Assembly: GCA_041082215.1 (NCBI GenBank)
Contig: JBDOIF010000038.1
Span: forward strand, 1 to 50,137
Source of the DNA: Anaerolineae bacterium
GTDB taxonomy: Bacteria; Chloroflexota; Anaerolineae; B4-G1; DUEL01
Length of the DNA stretch: 50,137 nucleotides
Reading direction: 5' to 3'
The notes under the pieces were generated by a model, which saw only the letters and a list, made by a program, of their open reading frames with translations, had not been told where the DNA came from and made no database searches. Of this stretch, positions 38,407 through 47,939 are shown piece after piece. The translations under genes and the position numbers were made by a program. The first letter of the stretch is position 1. Each line of letters opens with the position of its first letter.

Positions 38407-38700
38407 CTATTCCTCTTCTCCCAGGCGCACGATGAGGTGGCGGATGATCTGCTCTTTGAGCCTGAGCCCCCGCTCCAGTTCGGCCACGCCATCCGCCTTG
38501 AGACTGACCTGCATAAACACATACTGGCCTTCCCGCACCTTCTGAATGGGATAGGCCAGCCGTCGCAGCCCCCACAGATCGACCTTGTGGACGACGCCGC
38601 CGGTGGATTCGACGAGGCCTTTCACCTCTTCGACCGTCGCCGCCAGCCCCTCCCGATCGAGCTGGGGGTGCACAATATAGGTTAGTTCATAGTCGCGCAT
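38407..38700 (-). CDS. rpsF: 30S ribosomal protein S6
   Basis: MRDYEL, WGLRRLAYPI, EGQY, IIRHLIVR. Confidence 0.96.
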   Translation of the reverse strand: MRDYELTYIVHPQLDREGLAATVEEVKGLVESTGGVVHKVDLWGLRRLAYPIQKVREGQYVFMQVSLKADGVAELERGLRLKEQIIRHLIVRLGEEE

Positions 38701-38704
38701 CGGA

Positions 38705-38775
38705 CGGTTTACCTCCTTTCCACGGGATTGCCCCCGGACCCGGCCGGGAGCGGAAAGCCCGTCAGGGCGCGTAAC
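38705..38775 (-). promoter_or_regulatory. Probable rpsF leader (S6:S18 autoregulatory RNA)
   Basis: Structured 5' UTR (ACGGG/CCCGT stem, inner GCTCCCGG/CCGGGGGC stem, CCC, CTTTCC complementary to GGAAAG overlapping the SD). Confidence 0.5.
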
Positions 38776-38782
38776 AGGGCAT

Positions 38783-38811
38783 ATGATAACACAAAGGGCA
38801 GCTTTTGGCAA
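38783..38811 (-). promoter_or_regulatory. sigma70-type promoter of rpsF-ssb-rpsR
   Basis: Minus strand TTGCCA (38811-38806), 17-nt spacer, TG-n-TATCAT (38788-38783). Confidence 0.75.
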
Positions 38812-38827
38812 ACAGCCCGCAGCCCAT

Positions 38828-39018
38828 AGGTGTATTTCAGTTTGGGGGCGAGATGTCCCTGGCCCGGGCCGGACCTGGGGAAACGCGAATGGCGCGAATG
38901 GAAACCAATACCGCGAATAGGGCTGGGATCCCTCCTGTTCGCAGTATTCGGGCCATTCGTGGGATTCGCGATCCACCGGCGGGCGAGAGGACCACTCGCC
39001 CCGAAATTGAAATACGCC
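38828..39018. mobile_element. MITE family A, copy 3
   Basis: Same terminal repeats and interior as copies 1 and 2; flanking direct repeat CGCAGCCCAT. Confidence 0.9.
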
Positions 39019-39096
39019 CGCAGCCCATTTTCTCCGCGGGTGGGGGACCGGACCCTCCACCGATCCAGGACGTCCGGGCAGGCCGGAAAGCCTGCC

Positions 39097-40791
39097 CTAC
39101 GGCCCGGCGGCGAACACCGCCTGCAGCAACTCCAGCCGCTCCTGGGGCGTCATCGGGCGGGGGCGGGCATATTCCTCCAGCATTGTCGTCAAAAGCTCCA
39201 CACTCAGATGCCGCCCGTCGTAGAAAACGTGCCGGTCAATGAACGCCTGCCGCGTCTCCAGCCACTGCATCTGGTCGAAGAAGAGGTTGCCCAGCCCGTA
39301 GTGGATGAAAGCCCCGGCGTGGAATTCGAACCCCTGGGGCTGGTGGGCCTGGCTCCCCTGGACGACCACCGCCCCCGCCTCGGCCAGCGCCCGGAAAGCC
39401 TCTACCTGGCCAGGGGTCGGGAAGTACTCATAGGTCTCGTAGGCCTGCACAGTGACGATGGGCAGCCACCCCTCCGCCCGCAGACCGGCTACTGTCGCCC
39501 TGATCCATTCCCAATCGTCGCACGGGGCGGCCCCCGGCGAGCTTTCCGTCGCCCAGGCATAAGAGGGGCCGACGCTGTTACATCCCACGAAGGCCAGCCG
39601 GTTCGGCCCCAGCGTCACCGTCAGCGGGCGGGTGGCCTCAGCCAGATCGGTTCCCCCGCCAAACCACCGCCACCCGCGCTCCCGGAACAGCTCCAGCGTG
39701 TGCAGGTCCGGCTCGATCCCATAGTCGTTGTTGTGGTTGCCCGTCAGCTCCACCACGTCGGTCCCCACCGCACCCAGCAACTCGATGTACCGGTCGTGGG
39801 AACAGAAGCTCATCGTCCCCTGAGGGGGAGGGACGGGACAATCCGGCGTGAAAGAGACCTCGTTACTGATGTGGGTCAGGTCCGCCGCCCGCAGCCACTC
39901 CCCTATATCCTGGGCCGGGTAAGTCACCCCCTTCTCCTCCATCGTCCGCGCCGTCCCCCGTGTGAGGGCGGTCACCCCTGTCATCACAACGATGGAGAGC
40001 TTCGACTCATCCCGGTTGGTGATGCCGGTGGGGAGGAGAGAAAGAACGTCCGGCCTGCGCTCGCTTCCCAGGTAGAGAGGAAGGGCAAGGGGATAGGCAT
40101 CGGGGTCCAGCCCCTTTTCCAGCACCGAGAAGCCGTCCACCCGCAATGTCTTCCAGCGAGGCTCCAGCTCGTCGAAGGGAAGGACGGCCCATCCACCCAG
40201 CCGGACCGCCTCGCTGAGCAGGTCGGAGGGGGCCACCGTCTGCACAACCTCCCCGGTGGGCGGCCCCCACAGGCCGACCAGCCCCCGCAGGGTGTCGGTC
40301 GTGACCAGCAGGGGATGGAGGGCAAACGGCCCGGAGGGAGCGCCCGTCCAGCTTGCTGCCAGGTCCGCCGAGGCGACCTCGTCCTCCAGCGTGAAGAAGG
40401 GGGCAGCGACAGCATACACCCACGTTCCGACACGGACGCCGTTGGGGAGCGCCCCGCTTCCCATCTGAACGTCGGCGAGCGCGGGGTCCTCAACCCAGAC
40501 AAAGCGGGCGGGGTCCTGCCCCACTGCCTCCTGCAGGAGGGCGCAGGCCCTCTCCGGAACCGTCCCGCCGCAGCCCACACTCACCGGCCAGGCCGGGGTG
40601 GGGGTCGGGCTGGGGGGCGGTGTGGCAGTGGGGCGGGGGGTGCGGGTAGGCGTCGGGGTGACAGAATGGTGGTACGGGCTTCCGCACGCTGCCAGGGCGA
40701 TCAGGGCCAGCCCTACGGCGGTCAGTGCAAACAGGGCGAGAAGGCGGCGGAGGGATGGGTGACTGGGAGATTGGACGACTGGAGGGTTCAT
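39097..40791 (-). CDS. CapA/PgsA-family lipoprotein
   Basis: Lipobox LAAC; SNEVSF, LTGNHNNDYG, GSQAHQPQ, YGLGNLFFDQ. Confidence 0.85.
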   Translation of the reverse strand: MNPPVVQSPSHPSLRRLLALFALTAVGLALIALAACGSPYHHSVTPTPTRTPRPTATPPPSPTPTPAWPVSVGCGGTVPERACALLQEAVGQDPARFVWVEDPALADVQMGSGALPNGVRVGTWVYAVAAPFFTLEDEVASADLAASWTGAPSGPFALHPLLVTTDTLRGLVGLWGPPTGEVVQTVAPSDLLSEAVRLGGWAVLPFDELEPRWKTLRVDGFSVLEKGLDPDAYPLALPLYLGSERRPDVLSLLPTGITNRDESKLSIVVMTGVTALTRGTARTMEEKGVTYPAQDIGEWLRAADLTHISNEVSFTPDCPVPPPQGTMSFCSHDRYIELLGAVGTDVVELTGNHNNDYGIEPDLHTLELFRERGWRWFGGGTDLAEATRPLTVTLGPNRLAFVGCNSVGPSYAWATESSPGAAPCDDWEWIRATVAGLRAEGWLPIVTVQAYETYEYFPTPGQVEAFRALAEAGAVVVQGSQAHQPQGFEFHAGAFIHYGLGNLFFDQMQWLETRQAFIDRHVFYDGRHLSVELLTTMLEEYARPRPMTPQERLELLQAVFAAGP

Positions 40792-42140
40792 TGTTCAAAT
40801 GGAGAGGTATTGTGCACCCACACCCAGGTCCCGGTGGCGTGGACCCCATCGGCGCCCGGCGGAACGTAGGGGGCGGTCCAGTTGAAGAGCCACTCGGCAT
40901 CCCGGGGAGCCAGGTTGACGCAACCGTGGCTGCGGGTGAAGCCAAAGGCGTCGTGCCAGTAGGCGGCGTGGAGGGCGGTCGGCCCGTTGAAATACATTGT
41001 CCACGGCACATCCTCCAGGTAATACCAGTCCGGGTTGCCGTCGGCGGAGTCGGGGTTGCTCATCTTGGTGGCGGGGAGCTTGGCCCAGATGCGGAAAAGG
41101 CCCGACTCGGTCCATGTGGGACCAGGCCGACCGCTGGAGATAAGGGTGGCATAGACCATCCGCTCCCCCTCGTAGGCAGCCAGCGTCTGTTCGAAGAGGT
41201 CCACCTCGATCCACCGCTCTCCTGGCCCGACACCCGGCGGCGGGGGGTCCACCGTCACTTTGGAAAGATAGCTCTGTTCCACCCACTGGTCGGGGCCGAT
41301 CAGATACCACAGCTCCTCCGCTCCTATGAACTCCTGAGCGTAAATGGTGACGATCTCGTACCGATGGTAGAGGGGAGCGTTGGGATCGGGCGGCCCCTGA
41401 GGGGTGCGGGAAGGCTGGACAGGGCGGTTGACCCAGGCGAAGGGGTACTGAGGCTGGTCGTTCAGGTAGACGCCCTGGAAACGGGAGGGGCTGGCGAGGA
41501 TGAGGGCGTCGGCAGGGACGAACTCCTCCCTGTTGATCTGGTACCATCGCTGCCCCTCATATTCCACCCCTGCGACCACGCTGACCCACTGGTCGCCGGA
41601 ATAGAGGACACGGACCGGTGGGAGGCCCAGAGCGGCCTCCATCGGGTGGCGGTAGATGGGGAGGGGAAGGGTACGGACATAGGCGTAGGTGTAGGGGACC
41701 ACGTCCTCGTCGGGGTCGGGCTTCAGCTCCACCAGCGGCAACTCCGGCAGGGGGTCGGGCAGGCGGATGTGGGCGATCCGGTAGGCGGTGGTGGCCGGCC
41801 CCCGCTCGGGGCAACTTTCCCGCCACCGCCAGACCCGCCCCGGCGTGCAGACGACACCGCTGGCAGAGGTCTCAGGGCTGGCAGGGGGAACGGCGGGGGG
41901 GTCAATCACCGGCCGCGGGGGAGTGCCGGGCAAGCAGTAGGGGTTCCGCCAGGCCGATGGGCCCGGCGCACAGAGGGCTCTGGAAAAAGAGGAAGGCGAG
42001 GCGGCCCCTGTGCGGCCAGGGAAACCCAGAACGAGGACCGCCCCTGCCCCGAGGGTCAGAATCAGTTGAAGGATCAGCCTTCGGCCTGGAAGGGAAAAAC
42101 CGGATCTCGTCGGGGACCTCATGGGACAGCAGCTCGCCAT
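40788..42140 (-). CDS. L,D-transpeptidase (YkuD domain)
   Basis: WIEVDLFEQTLAAYEG, ISSG, ALHAAYWH, SHGCVN. Confidence 0.9.
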   Translation of the reverse strand: MASCCPMRSPTRSGFSLPGRRLILQLILTLGAGAVLVLGFPGRTGAASPSSFSRALCAPGPSAWRNPYCLPGTPPRPVIDPPAVPPASPETSASGVVCTPGRVWRWRESCPERGPATTAYRIAHIRLPDPLPELPLVELKPDPDEDVVPYTYAYVRTLPLPIYRHPMEAALGLPPVRVLYSGDQWVSVVAGVEYEGQRWYQINREEFVPADALILASPSRFQGVYLNDQPQYPFAWVNRPVQPSRTPQGPPDPNAPLYHRYEIVTIYAQEFIGAEELWYLIGPDQWVEQSYLSKVTVDPPPPGVGPGERWIEVDLFEQTLAAYEGERMVYATLISSGRPGPTWTESGLFRIWAKLPATKMSNPDSADGNPDWYYLEDVPWTMYFNGPTALHAAYWHDAFGFTRSHGCVNLAPRDAEWLFNWTAPYVPPGADGVHATGTWVWVHNTSPFEQ

Positions 42141-42164
42141 GAAGGATCGGCCAGGCCTTTCAGG

Positions 42165-42734
42165 CTAGAAAGGCCATGCAGGAACAGGAATGCCCAGACG
42201 GAGCAGCATTTCCCAGAAAGAGGGCGGGGCAAACCAGAGAAACAGGCCGAGCGCCACACAGGCCAGGAAAAGCAGCCCCAGACAACCCAGCCCGATCCAC
42301 AGCCCCGTGCGTCGCTTCTTGACGGGGGCAGGGGGAGCCTTCGGGGGCACGAAGGCGGGACGGGGGACAGAGGGCGGGACGGGGGACGGCACAACGTCTG
42401 AATAGGCGACAACCGTCTCTCCAACGCCCGGTGCCTCCCCGTAGAATGTAAGGGTCACGGCATTGCCCAGACCGATGACATCTCCGTTGGAAAGGGTGTG
42501 AGGAGCAGTGAGCCGCATTCCGTTGACAAACGTGCCGTTGGTGCTTCCCAGGTCTTCAAGAACCATCAGGCCGCCCCGACGGACCAGGCGGGCATGCTGA
42601 CGGGAGACCTGAGGATGGCTGATCACGATCTCATTGCCCGGGTCCCTGCCGATGCCGATCGTTTCCCCTTCCAGGTGAAAGGTCTGCCCCGGTTGCGGCC
42701 CCTGGGTGACCACAAGACGGAAGCCATCGGCCAT
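42165..42734 (-). CDS. FHA-domain membrane protein
   Basis: IGRDP, VSRQHA, DLGSTNGTFVNG; C-terminal TM. Confidence 0.9.
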   Translation of the reverse strand: MADGFRLVVTQGPQPGQTFHLEGETIGIGRDPGNEIVISHPQVSRQHARLVRRGGLMVLEDLGSTNGTFVNGMRLTAPHTLSNGDVIGLGNAVTLTFYGEAPGVGETVVAYSDVVPSPVPPSVPRPAFVPPKAPPAPVKKRRTGLWIGLGCLGLLFLACVALGLFLWFAPPSFWEMLLRLGIPVPAWPF

Positions 42735-42882
42735 AGTGCCTCCTTTACAGATGCTCTCTCCAACGCTCAGAAGTACGTAACTTTTGCTAGTATAAAACGG
42801 CTCCCTCAGCTTGTCAAACTTGTCAAACAGCCGGGTTGTAGTAAACTGGAGCCGTGGTTCTTGCGAGAAGAAGGGGCTGAGG

Positions 42883-43950
42883 ATGATCGTCGTAGATGCC
42901 CATGAGGACATCGCCTGGAACGCGCTGACCTTCGGGCGGGACGTGTTGCGCAGCGCCCGGGAGACGCAGCGGCTGGAAGAGATGGGTGAGGCTCCCCACC
43001 ACAACGGCCGGTGCATGTTGGGGCTGCCGGAGTGGCTGGAGGGAGGGGTAGCCGTGGTCTTCGGCTCCATCTTCCTCGCCCCGGCCCATCGGGCGCTGGG
43101 CCTGTGGGACCGGGAGGTCTACCTGGATAAAGAAGAGGCCCACCGGCGGGCCTCCGCCCAGTTAGATTACTATCACCGCCTTGCGGAGCGTTCGGACCGG
43201 ATCGTCCTGATAGGGGGGGTGGAGGACCTGGAAGGGGTGCTGGCCTCCTGGAAGGGAGAGACCCCCCGGGTTGGAATTGTGCCGCTGATGGAAGGGGCGG
43301 ACCCGATCCGGCAGCCAGCGGAGGTGGAGGAGTGGCACCGCCGGGGGGTGCGGCTGGTGGGCCTGGCCTGGGCGGCCGGCTCCCGTTACGCCGGGGGGAA
43401 TCAGGGGCCCGGCCCGCTGACCGATGCGGGTCGGCAGCTCCTGGAGGCAATGGCCGAAGTAGGGATGGTCCTGGACCTCAGCCATCTGGCAGAGGAATCG
43501 TTCTGGGAGGCAGTGGACCGGTATGAAGGACCGGTGGTCGCCACCCACGCCAACCCCCGGGCCTTTGTCCCCACGCCGCGCATGCTTTCCGACGAGATGA
43601 TCCAGGCTATAGCGGAGCGGGACGGGGTGATCGGCATCATCCCCTGCAACCGCTTCCTGAAAAAAGGCTGGGCGCCGAGCGACGGGAAGGGGGCGGTCAC
43701 GTTGCAGGATGTGGCCGCAGCAATAGATCACGTCTGTCAGGTGGTGGGGGACGCAGCCCACGTGGGGCTGGGCTCCGACTTCGACGGCGGGTTCGGAGCG
43801 GAGTCAACGCCGGAGGGGATCGAAACGGTGGCGGACCTGAAGAAGGTCGCCTGGGCGCTGGAGGAGCGGGGGTATGCCGAAGGCGACATCGCCGCCGTGA
43901 TGGGCGGGAACTGGCTGCGACTGCTCCGGGCGACCCTGCCCACCGGATAA
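42883..43950 (+). CDS. Membrane dipeptidase (peptidase M19)
   Basis: DAHED, MEGAD, DLSH, THAN, GSDFDG, MGGNW. Confidence 0.9.
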   Translation: MIVVDAHEDIAWNALTFGRDVLRSARETQRLEEMGEAPHHNGRCMLGLPEWLEGGVAVVFGSIFLAPAHRALGLWDREVYLDKEEAHRRASAQLDYYHRLAERSDRIVLIGGVEDLEGVLASWKGETPRVGIVPLMEGADPIRQPAEVEEWHRRGVRLVGLAWAAGSRYAGGNQGPGPLTDAGRQLLEAMAEVGMVLDLSHLAEESFWEAVDRYEGPVVATHANPRAFVPTPRMLSDEMIQAIAERDGVIGIIPCNRFLKKGWAPSDGKGAVTLQDVAAAIDHVCQVVGDAAHVGLGSDFDGGFGAESTPEGIETVADLKKVAWALEERGYAEGDIAAVMGGNWLRLLRATLPTG

Positions 43951-43958
43951 GCGAGCCA

Positions 43959-43990
43959 TTTGTAGGACAAGCTTAAGCTTGTCCTACAAA
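43959..43990. repeat. Perfect 32-bp palindrome (REP-like)
   Basis: TTTGTAGGACAAGCTT-AAGCTTGTCCTACAAA. Confidence 0.85.
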
Positions 43991-44034
43991 CGGTGCTTGC
44001 CCTCCGGGGAAATCATGTTAGAATAGATTTTTGC

Positions 44035-44778
44035 ATGACGCGTTTCGACGTGCTGACCCTCTTCCCGGAGATGTTCTCCGGTCCGCTTGAGGCCAGCATT
44101 CTCAAGCGGGCACAGGAGCGCGGGATCATTTCCGTCCACCTTTACAACATCCGCGATTACGCTACCGACCGCCATCGCACGACCGACGACACTCCTTACG
44201 GTGGGGGGGGCGGGATGGTGATGAAGCCGGAACCGATCTTCGCCGCTGTAGAGGAAGTCCTGAAAGGCGAAGAAGGAGTCCCCATCATCCTGCTCAGCCC
44301 CCAGGGACGCCTCTTCACCCAGGAGGTCGCGAAGGAACTGGCTGCCTGCCCCCGCCTGCTGTTGATCTGTGGGCGGTATGAAGGGGTGGATGAGCGGGTG
44401 CGGGAGCACCTGATCACCGACGAGATCTCCATCGGGGATTACGTCCTCAGCGGCGGGGAACTGGCAGCGATGGTGCTCATCGAGACGGTCACCCGGTTGC
44501 TCCCCGGCGCGCTGGGAGACCCGGGGGCAGTGTTCGAGGATTCCCATGCCTGGGGGCTTCTGGAATACCCCCACTACACCCGGCCCGCTGTCTTCCGGGG
44601 GTGGGCGGTACCGGAGGTCCTCCGATCCGGAGATCATGCCGCCATCGTCCGCTGGCGGCGGGAGCAGGCCCTGCGAAGGACCTGGGAGCGGCGGCCCGAC
44701 CTGCTGGAACGGGCCCCGCTGACGGAGCAGGACCGGCAGTTCCTGGCCCAGCTCCAGGCCAGCGCAGGGGAGAAGTGA
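44035..44778 (+). CDS. trmD: tRNA (guanine37-N1)-methyltransferase
   Basis: [51 protein letters not shown]. Confidence 0.97.
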   Translation: MTRFDVLTLFPEMFSGPLEASILKRAQERGIISVHLYNIRDYATDRHRTTDDTPYGGGGGMVMKPEPIFAAVEEVLKGEEGVPIILLSPQGRLFTQEVAKELAACPRLLLICGRYEGVDERVREHLITDEISIGDYVLSGGELAAMVLIETVTRLLPGALGDPGAVFEDSHAWGLLEYPHYTRPAVFRGWAVPEVLRSGDHAAIVRWRREQALRRTWERRPDLLERAPLTEQDRQFLAQLQASAGEK

Positions 44779-44821
44779 ACCTTTTGAGCACTCAAAGAGT
44801 ATTTATTAAGGAGCAAGCTCC

Positions 44822-45403
44822 ATGACGGTCTCCTGCCCCGATGGCCACCTGATCGCCCGCCTGCGCAGGGGCGACGTGGAGGCATTGGGTGAGCTGTACG
44901 AGAAGTACAAGGAGCGGGTTTTCCGGACAGCCCTGGCGATCACCAGGGACCAGGGGGCAGCAGAGGATATTCTACAGGAGTGTTTCCTGCGGCTGTTCAC
45001 CCATGCCGATCGGGTCCGGGCAGACATGCCGCTGGAGCCCTGGCTCTACCGGGTGACGGTCAACCTGAGCTACACCTGGGCCCGGAGGCGACAGCAGGGC
45101 GGAGGCATGGTGGGGAACCTGCTGGACCGGTTGGTGGCGCCGCTTTATTTGCTGCCAGAACGGGTGGTCGAGCAACTGGAAGAGCAGGAAACGGTACGAC
45201 GGGTGCTGGAAGAGTTGCCCCTGGCCCATCGAGTGGTGGTGGTGTTGTTCTATCTGGAGGGACTGGACCTGAAGGAAATTGCCGATATTCTGGAGATTCC
45301 AGAGGGTACTGTGAAATCCCGTCTCCATTACGCAAGGGAGACGCTGCGGGAACTGCTGACCGAACGGAAGCCGGTTCAGGGTATGGCGTATGAGTTCACA
45401 TGA
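44822..45403 (+). CDS. ECF RNA polymerase sigma factor
   Basis: AEDILQECF, WLYRVTVN, EIADILEIPEGTVKSRL. Confidence 0.93.
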   Translation: MTVSCPDGHLIARLRRGDVEALGELYEKYKERVFRTALAITRDQGAAEDILQECFLRLFTHADRVRADMPLEPWLYRVTVNLSYTWARRRQQGGGMVGNLLDRLVAPLYLLPERVVEQLEEQETVRRVLEELPLAHRVVVVLFYLEGLDLKEIADILEIPEGTVKSRLHYARETLRELLTERKPVQGMAYEFT

Positions 45404-45704
45404 GTTCTTCAGGTCACACCCGGTGGATCGGCTGATCGCCGAAGCACTCCGGGCCGAGGTGGAAGGGGCCAGGCCCTCCCCCCGCGTCTGGGAGCGGATC
45501 CGCCGGCGGGCGCTGGCCTGGGCGGCCCGTCACCGCCCCTCTCCGCGCTGGAACTGGGGCGCGGAGCTGGCCCGCACCCCGGAGACCGAAATCTTCCTCC
45601 TTCCCCCTACCTCCCTCCTTGTAGAACTGGGGGCCTGGCGGTATACTCTCCCCCCCCTGCGCCTGCTCGATTACGCCGGGCTGATGTTTCGCTTTGGCTG
45701 GTAA
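45390..45704 (+). CDS. Small protein, possible anti-sigma factor
   Basis: Overlaps the ECF stop; PSPRVWERI resembles anti-sigma N-terminal helices. Confidence 0.55.
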   Translation: MSSHEFFRSHPVDRLIAEALRAEVEGARPSPRVWERIRRRALAWAARHRPSPRWNWGAELARTPETEIFLLPPTSLLVELGAWRYTLPPLRLLDYAGLMFRFGW

Positions 45705-45798
45705 CCACCGTAGGGAAGGCTGCGGATTGCTTGCCCCGTCCTGCCCACGGTTCAGGAACAGGAACAACAGAAACTGATCACCGACCGAGGAGTACTGT

Positions 45799-46791
45799 AT
45801 GGGAACTTTGATGGAGATCAAGAACCTGACGACCCGCTTCTACACCGAGGACGGGGTTGTGCATGCCGTAAACGGGATCTCCTATTCGATGGAGGAAGGG
45901 GATATCCTCGGGGTCGTCGGAGAGAGCGGCTGCGGCAAGAGCGTCCACGCCCTCTCCATTATGCGCCTGATCCCCAGCCCCCCCGGCCGAATCGAAGAAG
46001 GGGAGGTCTGGTTCAACGGGCGCGACCTGCTGAAGGTGAGCGAAAGCGAGATGCACCGGGTGCGGGGGGCGGAGATCGCGATGGTCTTTCAGGACCCGAT
46101 GACCTCGCTGAACCCGGTCTATACGGTCGGCTTCCAGATTATGGAGGCATTGAAGCTGCACCAGGGGATGGACGATCAGCAGGCGCGGGAGCGAGCCGGG
46201 GAATTGCTGACGATGGTCGGCATCCCGGAAGCCCGCCAGCGGCTCGACGACTACCCCCACCAGTTCTCCGGCGGGATGCGCCAGCGAGCGATGATCGCTA
46301 TGGCCCTCTCCTGCAACCCCAAGCTCCTCATCGCCGACGAGCCTACCACCGCACTGGACGTCACCATCCAGGCCCAGATCATGGACCTGGTGAAGCGGCT
46401 TCAGGAGCAGTTGGGGATGGCGGTGATGTGGATCACCCACGACCTGGGGGTGGTGGCTGGCCTGGCCAGAAAGGTCAACGTGATGTATGCCGGCTATATC
46501 ATCGAGCAGGGAAGCGTGAAGGACATCTACAAGCGCCCTCGCCACCCCTACACGGTGGGCCTCCTGGGTTCCCTGCCGCGCCTGGACGAGCCGCCAGGGA
46601 CCAAACTGATCTCGATCCCGGGCCTGCCGCCGGACCTGATTGACCTGCCCCCAGGCTGCCCCTTCGCCGCCCGATGCACCTACGCGGTTGACCAGTGCCT
46701 GGAAGCGATGCCCCCTCTGGAGGAGACGGAAGGAGACCACCACACCGTGGCCTGCTGGCGATGGGAACAAATCGCAGGGAGGGAGAAATAA
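45799..46791 (+). CDS. oppD: Oligopeptide/dipeptide ABC transporter ATP-binding protein
   Basis: [36 protein letters not shown]. Confidence 0.93.
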   Translation: MGTLMEIKNLTTRFYTEDGVVHAVNGISYSMEEGDILGVVGESGCGKSVHALSIMRLIPSPPGRIEEGEVWFNGRDLLKVSESEMHRVRGAEIAMVFQDPMTSLNPVYTVGFQIMEALKLHQGMDDQQARERAGELLTMVGIPEARQRLDDYPHQFSGGMRQRAMIAMALSCNPKLLIADEPTTALDVTIQAQIMDLVKRLQEQLGMAVMWITHDLGVVAGLARKVNVMYAGYIIEQGSVKDIYKRPRHPYTVGLLGSLPRLDEPPGTKLISIPGLPPDLIDLPPGCPFAARCTYAVDQCLEAMPPLEETEGDHHTVACWRWEQIAGREK

Positions 46792-47777
46792 TGGCCGCCG
46801 AGCACGAACCCCTGGTTCAGGTCCGCCATCTCAAGAAGTACTTCCCCATCACCCGGGGGGTGGTCATCCAGCGCCACATCGGCGACATCAAGGCGGTGGA
46901 CGATGTGACGTTCGATATTTACAAGGGGGAAACGCTGGGGCTGGTCGGAGAGACCGGCAGCGGGAAGACCACTGTGGGGCGAACTATCCTGCGGCTCTAT
47001 GAACCCACCGACGGGAACGTCATCTTCGACGGCGTGGACCTGATGCGCCTGGGAGGCGCGGAGCTCCGCCGGATGCGCCGCCGAATGCAGATGATCTTCC
47101 AGGACCCCTACGCCTCGCTCAATCCAAGGATGACAGTGGGCTCCATCATCGCCGAACCGCTGGAGGTCCACGGGGTCGCCCACGGAAAAGAGAAGCGGGA
47201 GCGGGTGCAGGAGCTTCTGCGGCTGGTGGGCCTGAACCCCTATTTCGTCAACCGCTACCCCCACGAGTTCTCCGGCGGGCAGCGGCAGCGGATCGGCATC
47301 GCCCGCGCCCTGGCCCTCAACCCGGACCTCATCGTCTGTGACGAGCCAATCTCCTCCCTCGACGTCTCCATCCAGGCCCAGGTCGTGAACCTGCTCGAAG
47401 ACCTGCAGGACCGGTTGGGCCTCACCTATCTCTTTATCGCCCACGACCTGAGCATGGTCCGCCATATCAGCGACCGGATGGCGGTGATGTATCTGGGCAA
47501 GATTGTAGAATTGGCGGACCGGGATGAGATTTACCTCCATCCGCTCCACCCGTACACCCAGGCGCTGATGAGCGCGGTGCCGGTGCCCGATCCCGAGGTC
47601 GAAGAAAAGCGACAGCGGATCATCCTGGAAGGGGATATCCCCAGCCCGGCCAACCCGCCCAAGGGATGCAACTTCAACACCCGCTGCCCCGTAGCGATGG
47701 ATGTCTGCTTCGAAGAGGAACCGGAGTTCAAAGAGGTGGCTCCGGGCCACTGGGTGGCCTGCTATCGAGTGGAATAA
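46791..47777 (+). CDS. oppF: Oligopeptide/dipeptide ABC transporter ATP-binding protein
   Basis: [32 protein letters not shown]. Confidence 0.93.
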   Translation: MAAEHEPLVQVRHLKKYFPITRGVVIQRHIGDIKAVDDVTFDIYKGETLGLVGETGSGKTTVGRTILRLYEPTDGNVIFDGVDLMRLGGAELRRMRRRMQMIFQDPYASLNPRMTVGSIIAEPLEVHGVAHGKEKRERVQELLRLVGLNPYFVNRYPHEFSGGQRQRIGIARALALNPDLIVCDEPISSLDVSIQAQVVNLLEDLQDRLGLTYLFIAHDLSMVRHISDRMAVMYLGKIVELADRDEIYLHPLHPYTQALMSAVPVPDPEVEEKRQRIILEGDIPSPANPPKGCNFNTRCPVAMDVCFEEEPEFKEVAPGHWVACYRVE

Positions 47778-47939
47778 TGGCATGGTGACCCTGTAGCCGA
47801 TGCGGATGCTCCTGATCGGATCAGCCGCAGGGGTTACGTTTCAACCAGGAAAGGAGGTGATGCGTACTGGTGGATGAGGAGCAGGCTGCAATGAGTGTGA
47901 GAGTAAACCTACATTTTCAGAAATCAGGAGGAGGAGAAA

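Noticed and set aside
38701..39060. N-terminal extension of rpsF (and similar extensions of ssb, the SBP at 30486 and FHA at 43070)
   Set aside because: These run through promoters, a MITE or neighbouring genes; internal ATGs with SD sequences match family starts
47849..47861. 16S rRNA gene fragment on the minus strand
   Set aside because: Match limited to 13 nt; flanks do not resemble 16S
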